Part shown: one piece after another, positions 48,214-57,030 of the stretch
How positions within the stretch are numbered: position 1 is the first letter of the stretch
Layout of the letters: each line of letters starts with the position of its first letter
Origin: Candidatus Marinacidobacterium sp.
GTDB lineage: Bacteria; Acidobacteriota; Vicinamibacteria; Marinacidobacterales; Marinacidobacteraceae
Length of the DNA stretch: 64,000 nucleotides
Assembly (NCBI GenBank): GCA_965204755.1
Contig: OZ242011.1
Location: 96,001-160,000 of the forward strand
Reading direction: 5' to 3'
Program-made: the position numbers and the translations under genes
Notes under the pieces: generated by a model
Database searches by the model: none
Told to the model about the DNA's origin: nothing
The model's input: only the letters and a program-made list of their open reading frames with translations

Positions 48214-49230
48214 CTACCCCGAGTCGCCCCGCGCCGCGCGCCCGCCTTCCGCGCCGCCCGGCGCCCCCCCGCCCGCCGCCGGCGGGGGGAAGCCGATGGT
48301 CTCCCGAACCAGGTAGAGCGGCCGGCGCTTCACTTCGCCGTAGATCCGCGCGAGGTACTCCCCGAGCAGGCCGATGGCGGCCAGTTGGACCCCTCCGAGC
48401 CAGACGACGGTGAGGAGCAGGACGGACGGCCCGGAGTAGTCGGCGGCGAGGAACCATCCGGCGGCGGCCCAAAGGGAACCCGCGAGCGCGGCCGCCACCG
48501 CGGCGAGACCGAGCCACGAGGCCGCGCGCACCGGGGCGCGGGAGAACGACAGGATGCCGTCGGCGGCCAGGGCCAGCATCTTCCCGATGGAGTACTTGGT
48601 CTCGCCGGCGGCGCGCGGCTCCCGGCGGTAGGGAACCGCCGTCTGCCGGAAGCCGGTCCAGGCCACCAGCGCGCGGACCAGCCGGTCCCGTTCCGGCAGC
48701 GCGAGGAACGCGTCCACCGCGACGCGGTCCATGAGGCGGAACTCGCCGACATTCGGCGGGATGGGCGCCTCGGAGATCCTGGCGATGCACCGGTGGAAGA
48801 GCCGCGAGGCCGCCTTCTTGAACGCCGTCTCCCCGGCCCTTTCGGTGCGCAGGCCGTAGGCGATCTCCGCCCCCTCCCGCCAGCGGGACAGCATTTCCGG
48901 GAGGACCTCGGGCGGATCCTGCAGGTCGGCGTCGATCAGCGCGGCGGCGTCACCGCTCGCATGGCGCAGGCCCGCGGCCAAGGCCGCCCCCTGCCCGAAG
49001 TTGCGCGAGAGCGAGACGACTCGCGCGCGGGGATCGCTCTTCGAGATCTCCCGGAGTTCGGCCAAGGTTCCGTCGGTGCTCCCGTCGTCCACATAGACGA
49101 CCTCGAAGTCGAGGTCGGGCACGGGTTCGAGCGCCGCCGCGAGCCGACCGTGGGTCGCCTCGATCACTTCCTCCTCGTTCAGGCAGGGCACGACCACGGA
49201 GAGGAGGGCGGGGCTGGGACGCTCGGACAT
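48214..49230 (-). CDS. GtrB/ArnC-like GT2 (undecaprenyl-phosphate glycosyltransferase)
   Basis: SVVVPCLNEEE, VDDGSTDGT, LSRNFGQ, DADLQDPPE, FRLMDR, two C-terminal TMs, IGLLGEYLARIY.EVK.RP.Y. Confidence 0.92.
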   Translation of the reverse strand: MSERPSPALLSVVVPCLNEEEVIEATHGRLAAALEPVPDLDFEVVYVDDGSTDGTLAELREISKSDPRARVVSLSRNFGQGAALAAGLRHASGDAAALIDADLQDPPEVLPEMLSRWREGAEIAYGLRTERAGETAFKKAASRLFHRCIARISEAPIPPNVGEFRLMDRVAVDAFLALPERDRLVRALVAWTGFRQTAVPYRREPRAAGETKYSIGKMLALAADGILSFSRAPVRAASWLGLAAVAAALAGSLWAAAGWFLAADYSGPSVLLLTVVWLGGVQLAAIGLLGEYLARIYGEVKRRPLYLVRETIGFPPPAAGGGAPGGAEGGRAARGDSG

Positions 49231-49363
49231 CGGCGGGAACGGGAGCGGAAAAGGATACGCGCCGGAGCCCCTCCCCCGCCCCTCCTCCGCCCCTCCCCCG
49301 CCCCTCCCGCGTTCCTCCCGATCTCCGGGCGCCCTCCCCGCGCCGCGGCCGCGGGTTCGTGCA

Positions 49364-50272
49364 ATGATTCGGCTCGTGCGAGGCAGGCGAACCGGGCGCC
49401 GGACGCTCCGGGAAGTCCTGCGGTCGCTCCCGGCGCCGCCCGGCGGGGAGCGGAGGACGCCGGCGCTCGCCGTCCTCCTCGCCGGCGTCCTCGCCTGCGG
49501 CGCCGGGGGAGGAGAGGCCCCGCCCCCGGCCGCTTCCCTTCCGCCGCCGCTTCCGCCGCCGGCCGCCGGCCCCCCGGAGCCGCGATCGCTCGACTACCGC
49601 GTGGCGCGCGAGTTCCCGCACGATCCGGGGGCCTTCACGCAGGGGCTCTTCTTCCACGAGGGCCTCCTCTACGAGAGCACCGGACTCCGGGGCGAGTCCG
49701 CGCTCCGGCGGGTGGAACTCGAGACCGGCGAGGTGCTCTTCGAGCGCCGCCTGCCGCCGACCCTCTTCGGCGAAGGCGCCGCGCTGGCCGGGGAGCGGAT
49801 CGTCCAACTCACCTGGCAGGCCGGGATCGGGTTCGTGTACGACCGGGAGACTTTCCGCCTGCTCCGCGAGTTCCGCTACGCCGGCGAGGGGTGGGGGCTG
49901 ACCTTCGACGGCGAGCGCCTGGTCATGAGCGACGGCTCGGACACCCTGCGTTTCCTCGACCCGGACACCCTCCGGGAAACCCGCCGACTGCGGGTGCGGG
50001 CGGACGGGGCGCCGCTCGACCGGCTGAACGAACTGGAGTGGATCGAGGGCGAGATCTGGGCGAACATCTGGACGGAGGATCGGCTCGCGCGCATCCGCCC
50101 GGACACCGGCGAAGTGACCGCCTTCGTGGATCTCGAAGGGCTGCTGCCGCCGGCCTCCCGGCGGCCGGACACCGATGTGCTGAACGGGATCGCCTGGGAT
50201 CCCGCCGGCCGGCGTCTCTTCGTAACCGGCAAGAAGTGGCCGACGCTGTTCGAGATCGAGATCGTGGAGTGA
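49364..50272 (+). CDS. Glutaminyl-peptide cyclotransferase
   Basis: PHDPGAFTQGL, LYESTGLRG, FGEG, QLTW, EGWGLT, LNELEW, VLNGIA, VTGKKWP. Confidence 0.93.
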   Translation: MIRLVRGRRTGRRTLREVLRSLPAPPGGERRTPALAVLLAGVLACGAGGGEAPPPAASLPPPLPPPAAGPPEPRSLDYRVAREFPHDPGAFTQGLFFHEGLLYESTGLRGESALRRVELETGEVLFERRLPPTLFGEGAALAGERIVQLTWQAGIGFVYDRETFRLLREFRYAGEGWGLTFDGERLVMSDGSDTLRFLDPDTLRETRRLRVRADGAPLDRLNELEWIEGEIWANIWTEDRLARIRPDTGEVTAFVDLEGLLPPASRRPDTDVLNGIAWDPAGRRLFVTGKKWPTLFEIEIVE

Positions 50273-50559
50273 CCCGCCGGGATCCGAGCGGGACGCGCCG
50301 CCGGCTGGCGGCGGGGGTCGGGTTGCTCGCGCTCCTGCTGAGCGTGGCGCCGCTCTATCCCCGGATCGGGGGCGTCCGGCCGTTCGCGCTCTCGATGCCG
50401 TTCTCGATGTTCTGGCTCGTCGTGCTGATCGCCTTGGTCTTCTTCACTTTCCTCGCGCTCTTCCTCTCGGAGCGCGAGGCGGACGAAGCCCTCGACCGGG
50501 AGTACCGGAGCGCCGGGAAGCCGGAGCGGAACCCCCCGGACGCGGGGAAGGAATCCTGA
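50269..50559 (+). CDS. Small membrane partner of a solute symporter (DUF3311-like)
   Basis: Two TMs (..RPFALSMPFSMFWLVVLIALVF..) directly upstream of the SSS gene. GTG 50269 overlaps the upstream stop. Confidence 0.7.
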   Translation: MTRRDPSGTRRRLAAGVGLLALLLSVAPLYPRIGGVRPFALSMPFSMFWLVVLIALVFFTFLALFLSEREADEALDREYRSAGKPERNPPDAGKES

Positions 50560-50560
50560 A

Positions 50561-52030
50561 ATGGACGGGTGGCTCGTCGTCTTCCTGACCACGGTCGCCT
50601 ACCTGCTGCTGACGCTCGCCATCGGCGTCTTCTCCGGCCGGCGGGCCTCCAACACGCCGGAGGGGTTCATCGCCGGCGACCGGAACCTCGGCTTCCTGGT
50701 CCTCTACTTCATCATGGGCGCTTCCATCTACAGTGCCTTCGCCTTCCTCGGCGCGCCGGGGTGGGCGTACTCGCGGGGCGCGGCCGCGTTCTACATCGTC
50801 TCCTACGGGACGGTGGGGCTGCTGCCCTGGTACTTCCTCGGCCCGAGGATCGCCCTGCTGGGCAAGCGGTTCGGGTTCGTGACCCAGGCGGAGTTCTTCG
50901 CGCACCGGTTCGGGGGCGGGCGGGCGATCCCGGCGCTCATGGCGCTCATCAGCGCCGCCGCCCTGGTTCCCTACCTGGTCATCCAGATGAAGGGCGCCGG
51001 GTATGTGTTTTCGGTGGTCACCGAGGGCCGGATGCCGAGTTGGGCGGGCGCGGCGCTCGCCTACGGCGTGGTGCTGCTCTATGTGGCGCGGAGCGGCGTC
51101 ATGGGGGTCGGCTGGACGAACACCTTCCAGGGGATCCTCATGCTGGGGCTCGCCTGGGGCCTCGGGCTCTACCTCCCGTGGAAACTCCACGGCGGCGTCG
51201 GCCCCATGTTCGAAGGCCTCGCCGCCTCGGTCCCGGAGATGCTGACGGCGCCCGGCCTCGACGCCGCCGGGGCGCCCTGGAGCCTCGGGGCGTACTCCAG
51301 CGCCGTGGTCGTGTCCGTCCTCGGCTTTTCGGTCTGGCCGCACTACTTCATGAAGATCTACGCCGCCCGCAGCGTGCGGACGCTGAAGCGGATGGTGGTC
51401 TTCTACCCGACCTTCCAGGTCTTCCTGATCCCGGTGCTGTTCATCGGTTTCGCGGGGATCGCCGCGTACCCGGGGGTGGCGCCGGCGGACACGATCCTGC
51501 CCACGATCCTCATGGACCTCGACCTGGCGCCGCTCACGGTGGGGCTGTTCTGCGCCGGCGCGCTCGCCGCGTCCATGAGTTCCGGCGACGCCATCCTCCA
51601 CGCCGGCGCCTCGGTGCTGGTCAAGGACCTCGAAGGCCCCCTCCGCCGGCGCGCGCTCCCGCCGGCGGCGGAAACCCGGCGGATCCGCTGGACGGCGCTC
51701 GGCATGGGGTCGCTCGCCTACTACCTGGCCGTCGGCTCGGAGGCCTCGCTGGTCGGGCTGCTCCTGCTCTCCTACGGCGCCATCGCCCAGTTCTTCCCCC
51801 TGCTCATCGCCGCGATGTTCTTCCCGGGAACCACCCGCGCGGGGGCGATCTCCGGCCTCGGCGCCGGCTGCGCCGCCGCGCTCCTCCTGAACCTCGTCCC
51901 CGAACTGGCGTTCTACGACATCCACCCGGGGGTGTACGGCGCCGCGGTGAATGTCCTCGCCATGGCGCTCGTCTCGCGCTTCACCGCCCCGCCTCCCCGG
52001 GAACGGGTCGAGCCCTACCTGATGCGGTAG
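50561..52030 (+). CDS. Sodium:solute symporter family protein
   Basis: FIAGDRNLG, YSAFAFLGAPGWAY, PYLVIQ, WTNTFQG, ALAASMSSGD, ~13 TMs. Confidence 0.93.
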   Translation: MDGWLVVFLTTVAYLLLTLAIGVFSGRRASNTPEGFIAGDRNLGFLVLYFIMGASIYSAFAFLGAPGWAYSRGAAAFYIVSYGTVGLLPWYFLGPRIALLGKRFGFVTQAEFFAHRFGGGRAIPALMALISAAALVPYLVIQMKGAGYVFSVVTEGRMPSWAGAALAYGVVLLYVARSGVMGVGWTNTFQGILMLGLAWGLGLYLPWKLHGGVGPMFEGLAASVPEMLTAPGLDAAGAPWSLGAYSSAVVVSVLGFSVWPHYFMKIYAARSVRTLKRMVVFYPTFQVFLIPVLFIGFAGIAAYPGVAPADTILPTILMDLDLAPLTVGLFCAGALAASMSSGDAILHAGASVLVKDLEGPLRRRALPPAAETRRIRWTALGMGSLAYYLAVGSEASLVGLLLLSYGAIAQFFPLLIAAMFFPGTTRAGAISGLGAGCAAALLLNLVPELAFYDIHPGVYGAAVNVLAMALVSRFTAPPPRERVEPYLMR

Positions 52031-52081
52031 GCCGGGCGCCGCGCGGCGCCCGACCGCGCCCGCCGCGGGAAGTCGGGGGCC

Positions 52082-52284
52082 GGCAGCCCGTGGAGAAAGT
52101 CGGGAGAGCCCTCGTCGGCGCGAAGCGCCGACCGGGGAGGGGTGCGGGGAAGGGGTGGCCCCCTCCCCGCGATAGATGGCGCCGCCGGTCCGTGGGAAGA
52201 GCGCCCCGCCGCGAAACGGAACGCGGACTTGGCGCCCCTCGCGTCGAGGAGCAGCCGGCGGGGCGCTTTTTCCACGGACTGCTA
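52082..52284. repeat. REP/MITE-like inverted-repeat element between convergent genes
   Basis: 52188-52211 and 52256-52279 form a 22/24 inverted repeat. Left end GCAGCCCGTGGAGAAAG versus right-end reverse complement GCAGTCCGTGGAAAAAG. Related copies at 11155-11170 and 22110-22136. Confidence 0.6.
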
Positions 52285-52295
52285 CGAGGCGGCCC

Positions 52296-52982
52296 TCACC
52301 CCGAGGCGACCCTGGCCCCGATGCGGCGCGCCGTCTCTTCGCGCCGCCGGCGGCGGTCCGACCACCGGGGAGCGGCCCACATCCAGTCGAGGTCGGCGCG
52401 GGTGACGCCGGAAACCACCGCCGACTCCTCGCAAGCCGCCTCGGCGGCCGGATCGGCGCCCCGGCGGTAGATCCGGGCGCCGCCCTTCGGCGTCCAGGCC
52501 CAGACCTCCTCGACCCCCATCGCGAAGTAGTCGCCGCGCTTTTCGGCGGCCCGCGCCGGACGGGAACTGCGGTTGATCTCCACGACCAGCCGCGGCGGCG
52601 CGTGGCCCCGCTCCGGCGAGCAGGCCTCGTCGTCCCCGAAACCGAACGGCGCCTCCGGGTCGGAGAACGGCGGGTCGCCGAAGTAGAAGCACTCGTCCGG
52701 CTCGAGCACCGAACCGCGCCACTCGATCCGGAGCGAGCCGGCCGGCCAGACGCGATCCCCGACCAGGGCCCCCACCAAGTCGTACGCCTGGCGGCCCCGC
52801 GATTCGTGGCCGACCATCGGCTCGGCCACGACCTCCGCGAGCCCCCGCCGGGCGTCGTAGTCCCCGCGCCGCCAGGCGAAGTCGGCGGCGAGGCGGTCGA
52901 ACTCCGCCCGGCTCATCCGCCGGACTTCGGTGCCCCGCGGGGGCTTCCCGCCCGTCTCGTACCGAGCCATCGGTTCGGACAT
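52296..52982 (-). CDS. Uma2 (DUF820) family putative endonuclease
   Basis: HE, EPDECFYFG, PPRLVVEI, KRGDYFAMGVEEVW. Confidence 0.8.
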   Translation of the reverse strand: MSEPMARYETGGKPPRGTEVRRMSRAEFDRLAADFAWRRGDYDARRGLAEVVAEPMVGHESRGRQAYDLVGALVGDRVWPAGSLRIEWRGSVLEPDECFYFGDPPFSDPEAPFGFGDDEACSPERGHAPPRLVVEINRSSRPARAAEKRGDYFAMGVEEVWAWTPKGGARIYRRGADPAAEAACEESAVVSGVTRADLDWMWAAPRWSDRRRRREETARRIGARVASG

Positions 52983-53126
52983 CGCTCACTCTCCCTTCGG
53001 GAAACGCCGACGGCGACACGCAACGCCGACAGCCGACGGGAGCCTAACCACGCGCGCCGCGCCGAACCAAACGGAGGAGAAGCCCCCGCTCGACGGCGCG
53101 GCCGCGCGACTCGCGGCGCGCGGGCG

Positions 53127-54800
53127 TCAACGGCGGTCGGCCTCCCGTCGGTCCGCTTCCCGGTAGGCGCGGAACTCGCTGGTCCCGCTCCATTCCGGCC
53201 ACGCGTCGGAGTCGGCGACCCGGCGGCCCAGGCGGTAGAGGAACTCCAGGTCGGCGGCCATGCCGGAGAGGTCGTACCAGTCCTGCACCTCGTCGCCGGG
53301 CTTGTGGTAGGCCTCCGCCACATAGGCCGCGCGCGCCTCCATCCCGAACCCCGGGGGCTTCCCCACGAATTCGACCCCGCCGTCGGGATAGAACGCGGGA
53401 ATGCCGACCTTCGCCATCTCGAAGTGGTCGGAGCGGTAGTAGAAGCCCTTCTCCGGCTCCGGGTCCGGCCGCAGTACCCGGCCGAGTTCCGCCGCCGCCT
53501 CCTCGGCCCAATCGTCGAGTTCGGACTGCCCGAGGCCCACGACGGTGATGTCGGTGGTCACGCCCCAGACATTCATGCCGTCCATGTTGAACGCCGCCGC
53601 GGTGGAGGCCGTGGGGTAGAGCGGGTTCGCCGCGTAGTGCCGCGACCCGAGCAGCCCGGCCTCCTCGGCGGTCACCGCGAGGAAGAGCACGCTCCGGCGC
53701 GGCGCCCCTTCGGCGGCGAACGCCCCGGCGAGGGCCAGCAGGCCGGCCGTCCCGGTGGCGTTGTCGTAGGCGCCGTTGTAGATCGCGTCGCCCTCGACGC
53801 CTTCCGCCGTCCCCAGGTGGTCCCAGTGCGCGGTGTAGATCACCGTCTCGTCCGGCGCCCCGGTTCCGGGGAGGCGGGCCGCCACATTCCGGGAGTCGAG
53901 TTCCCGGAAACGGGCGGTGAGCGAGAACTCCGCGGTCACGCCCAGGGGAATCGGGGCGAAATCCGGGGAGAGCGCGGCGGCCTTCGCCTCGTCGAAGTCG
54001 CGGCCCGCGGCCTCGAACAGCGCCGCCGCGCGCCCCCGCGAGATCCAGCCCTCGACTTCCACCCGGTCCTCGCCGCCGTCCGGGGAGCGGAGGTCGAACT
54101 GCTCGCCGCTCCACGAACCGCTGACCACCTCCCAGGGATACCCCGCCGGGCCGGTCTCGTGGACGATGAGCGCGCCGAGCGCCCCGGCCTCGGCGGCGCG
54201 CTCGAATTTGTAGGACCACCGGCCGTAGTAGGTCATCGCCGCGCCGCCGAAATGCTCGTCGCCCGGCGGATCCCCGACCAGCACCACCAGGACCTTGCCG
54301 GCCGGGTCGAAGTCGGCGAAATCGTCCCAGTCGTACTCCGGCGCGGTCACCCCGTAACCGGCGAACACCAGTTCTCCCGAGGCCCGCACTTCCGTCTCGG
54401 CCCGCTTCGACCAGGCCACGAAGTCCACGCCCGGTTCCCAGGCCCCGCCCGGATCCGACGAAGCCGCCATCTCCGTGACGGTCATGCCGACGAGCGGCAC
54501 GGCCTGCTCGTAGGTCCCGTCCGGATTCCCCGGCTCGAGTCCGAGTTCCCGGAAGCCGGCGGTCAAGAAAGCCACCGTCTTCTCTTCGCCCGGCGAGCCC
54601 GGCGCGCGCCCCCCGAACTCGTCCGAGGAGAGGGTGGAGATGTGGTCGAGCAGGCGGGCCTCGTCGAACCGGGCGCCGCCGCCGGGCGCCGCGCCCCCGC
54701 TGCAGCCGGAGGCGGCGAGCAGTGCTCCGAGCAGGGCCCCGAGCAGGGCCGCGCCGGCGGAGCGGCGGAAGGAGGGGAGGGAGGCGGGGGAAACGAACAT
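53127..54800 (-). CDS. M28 family metallopeptidase with PA domain, lipoprotein-like
   Basis: LSSDEFGGRAPG, YYGRWSYK, TAHWDHLG, YNGAYDNATG, TAEEAGLLGS, NMDG, RSDHF, YHKPGDE. Start ATG 54800. Confidence 0.93.
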   Translation of the reverse strand: MFVSPASLPSFRRSAGAALLGALLGALLAASGCSGGAAPGGGARFDEARLLDHISTLSSDEFGGRAPGSPGEEKTVAFLTAGFRELGLEPGNPDGTYEQAVPLVGMTVTEMAASSDPGGAWEPGVDFVAWSKRAETEVRASGELVFAGYGVTAPEYDWDDFADFDPAGKVLVVLVGDPPGDEHFGGAAMTYYGRWSYKFERAAEAGALGALIVHETGPAGYPWEVVSGSWSGEQFDLRSPDGGEDRVEVEGWISRGRAAALFEAAGRDFDEAKAAALSPDFAPIPLGVTAEFSLTARFRELDSRNVAARLPGTGAPDETVIYTAHWDHLGTAEGVEGDAIYNGAYDNATGTAGLLALAGAFAAEGAPRRSVLFLAVTAEEAGLLGSRHYAANPLYPTASTAAAFNMDGMNVWGVTTDITVVGLGQSELDDWAEEAAAELGRVLRPDPEPEKGFYYRSDHFEMAKVGIPAFYPDGGVEFVGKPPGFGMEARAAYVAEAYHKPGDEVQDWYDLSGMAADLEFLYRLGRRVADSDAWPEWSGTSEFRAYREADRREADRR

Positions 54801-54914
54801 GGGGTTCACCTGGCGCGGAGCGGCGGGTCGGGGATTCCCGGCCCGGAGGGAGGATCGTCCGGCATACTTCGGCCCGGCCGCGCGGCAGGCGCGGCGGGAA
54901 CAGGAGTTCGCGGC

Positions 54915-55391
54915 ATGAAGGATTTTCGCTCGGCCTGGACGCTCGTCCGCATCCCGGTGTACATCTCCCTGGCGGTCACCGCGGCCCGCCTGCTGGGAGC
55001 GCTCGGCGGACTGCCGGACTTCCTGGTGAACCGGGCGCCCGGCGGAACCGGCGCCCTCATCGGCATCAGTTGGCTGGCGCCGATCTTCGCGGTCTGGTTC
55101 GGACGCCGCCACGCGGCCGCCGGCGAGACCGGCTTCGCCGCCGCGCTCCGCACGAACTTCGCGTACTCCCTCGGCGCGCGCATCCCGGTGATCGCGGTGA
55201 TGCTGTTCGCCACCCTCGGCGACTGGGGCACCCACTACGACGCCTATCCCGACATGGAACACCTGAGCCCGCTGATGCAGTGGCTCCTCGGCGGCGTGCT
55301 CGCCCAGGTGCTGTTCTGGATGGGCCTGTGGACGACCTTGCTCGGCGGCCTCATCACCTGGGTCACCGCCCGGGTCTCGACTCGGACCTAG
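54915..55391 (+). CDS. Hypothetical membrane protein
   Basis: AGGAG RBS before ATG 54915, ~4 TMs, WGTHYD motif. Confidence 0.75.
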   Translation: MKDFRSAWTLVRIPVYISLAVTAARLLGALGGLPDFLVNRAPGGTGALIGISWLAPIFAVWFGRRHAAAGETGFAAALRTNFAYSLGARIPVIAVMLFATLGDWGTHYDAYPDMEHLSPLMQWLLGGVLAQVLFWMGLWTTLLGGLITWVTARVSTRT

Positions 55392-55534
55392 TTTCCGGCC
55401 GCAGCCCCCGCCGCGCCGCGGGCGCGAGCGAGTGGCGGGGGCGCGCCGGCCCCTCACCGCCCGCGCGGAGAGTCCGGGAGCGCACCGGGCAGCCGCGAAG
55501 CGCCGACCGGGGGGAGGGGCGCTCCGCGGGCCGG

Positions 55535-55939
55535 TCAGTAGGCGACCGAGAGCCGGAACCGGGCGCCGGCCGCCGAGGCGGCGGCGAGGAGGGACTCCAG
55601 CCGGGCGAGTTCGCCGCGGAGGGCTTCGGTCTCGGGGAACTCGTCCGGCGCCGCCTCGACCCGCGCGGCGAGCGCCCGCACCAACGCGAGCCCGTCGGCG
55701 CTGTCGAACCAGCCGGCCGGGGTCGCCCGGTCGGGGTCGGAGTCGAACCGGAGGTCGTCGGCCAGGATCTCGGACTCCTCCGGGCTGAGGCTCACGAACT
55801 CGTCCAGCGGCTCGAATCCGGCCGCCTCCGCCGCTTCCGCGAGTTCCCACCGCGCCCGGTTCAGCGCCCGGGCGGCGAAGTCCTCCGGGACGGCGCCGGG
55901 GACCGGCCGATCGAAGGCGACGGAGATCCCGACGGGCAC
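55535..55939 (-). CDS. Hypothetical acidic protein
   Basis: Protein-like composition (PLDEFVS, WFDSADGL..RAL, ARFRL), co-oriented with its neighbours. Confidence 0.7.
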   Translation of the reverse strand: MPVGISVAFDRPVPGAVPEDFAARALNRARWELAEAAEAAGFEPLDEFVSLSPEESEILADDLRFDSDPDRATPAGWFDSADGLALVRALAARVEAAPDEFPETEALRGELARLESLLAAASAAGARFRLSVAY

Positions 55940-56010
55940 GGGTCAGCGCGGGGGCGCGGTCCGGGAGGCGTCCCGACCGGGGAACCGGCCCGCCGGACGC
56001 CCGCTCCGGT

Positions 56011-56973
56011 TCAGTCGGTGGCCGGGGCCGGCGGCTCGTAGCGGAGTTCGCCGGCCTCGAGGCGAACGCCCAGCCGGTTCTGAGGCGGCGGGGTCGGGCA
56101 GGTCGTGAACCGGCTGAACCCGCAGGGCGGGTTCTCGGCCCGGTTGAAGTCCACCAGCGCCCGGTCGCCGTCGGCCGGGGGCATCTCGAGGAACCGGGCG
56201 GCGCGGTAGGTCTCCTGCCCGCTGGTCCCGTCGCTCAGGATGAAGAACAGGTTGCCGCTCGGTCGGGTGAACGCCTGCAACCGGACTTCCTCGCCGTCGA
56301 GATCGAAGACCGCCTCGCCGTCCGAGACATACCGCTCGATGTCCCCGCGGATGTTGATCGCCTCGACCTCCCGCCGCTCCGGGTACCTCTCGAACCGCGC
56401 CTCGAACCGGTACGCCGGGTCCACCGGGAACCACCGCCGGCCGGTGAAGTTCGTCCGCAACGAATGGTCGAGGTCGCGGAGGCGGAGCGCCCGGCGCTCG
56501 CCGCTCGTGTGGAGCCAGAAGCGGATCCGGTCGTCGAGATGCACGGCGCCGTCCTCGCCCGCTTCGAGTTCCCCTTCGGTGAACGGCTCGCCGCCGACCC
56601 GGGCGGACACGCCCTCGGCGACCCGGGCAGTCGCCACGCCCTCCTCCGACCAGGTGACGGTGACCGCCGCCGCCGGGAAGCGGGCCGGGAGGCGGAGGGC
56701 CGCGTCGCCGCCGCTCCCGACCACATGCTCGCCGGGCGTCAGGAAGTGGAGGTCGGCCACGGTGAGCCAACTCCCGTCGGAGCGGAGGTCCGTCTCCTGC
56801 TCGGCGCGCCAGGCCTCTTCCGCCTCGCGGTAGGCGTCCGGGTCGAAGGCCCCGCCGCCCGAACACGCCCAGGCCGCCGGGGCGAAGGCGGCGAGGAGGG
56901 CGAGTCCGAACGCGCGGCGGCGCCCGGAGTTCCGCGGGAGTCGAAAGCGAAGCGAAGGCATGACGGCGGGCAT
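56011..56973 (-). CDS. DUF1684 domain protein
   Basis: SWLTVADL, LFFILSDGTSGQETY.AARFL, DFNRAENPPCGFS.FTTCP.PP.QNRL. Start may be ATG 56961. Confidence 0.88.
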   Translation of the reverse strand: MPAVMPSLRFRLPRNSGRRRAFGLALLAAFAPAAWACSGGGAFDPDAYREAEEAWRAEQETDLRSDGSWLTVADLHFLTPGEHVVGSGGDAALRLPARFPAAAVTVTWSEEGVATARVAEGVSARVGGEPFTEGELEAGEDGAVHLDDRIRFWLHTSGERRALRLRDLDHSLRTNFTGRRWFPVDPAYRFEARFERYPERREVEAINIRGDIERYVSDGEAVFDLDGEEVRLQAFTRPSGNLFFILSDGTSGQETYRAARFLEMPPADGDRALVDFNRAENPPCGFSRFTTCPTPPPQNRLGVRLEAGELRYEPPAPATD

Positions 56974-57030
56974 CGTAACCGGCCGCCGGCCGGACGGGGC
57001 CGGGTGGTACCGGGCGGGGCCGGGCCCGGA

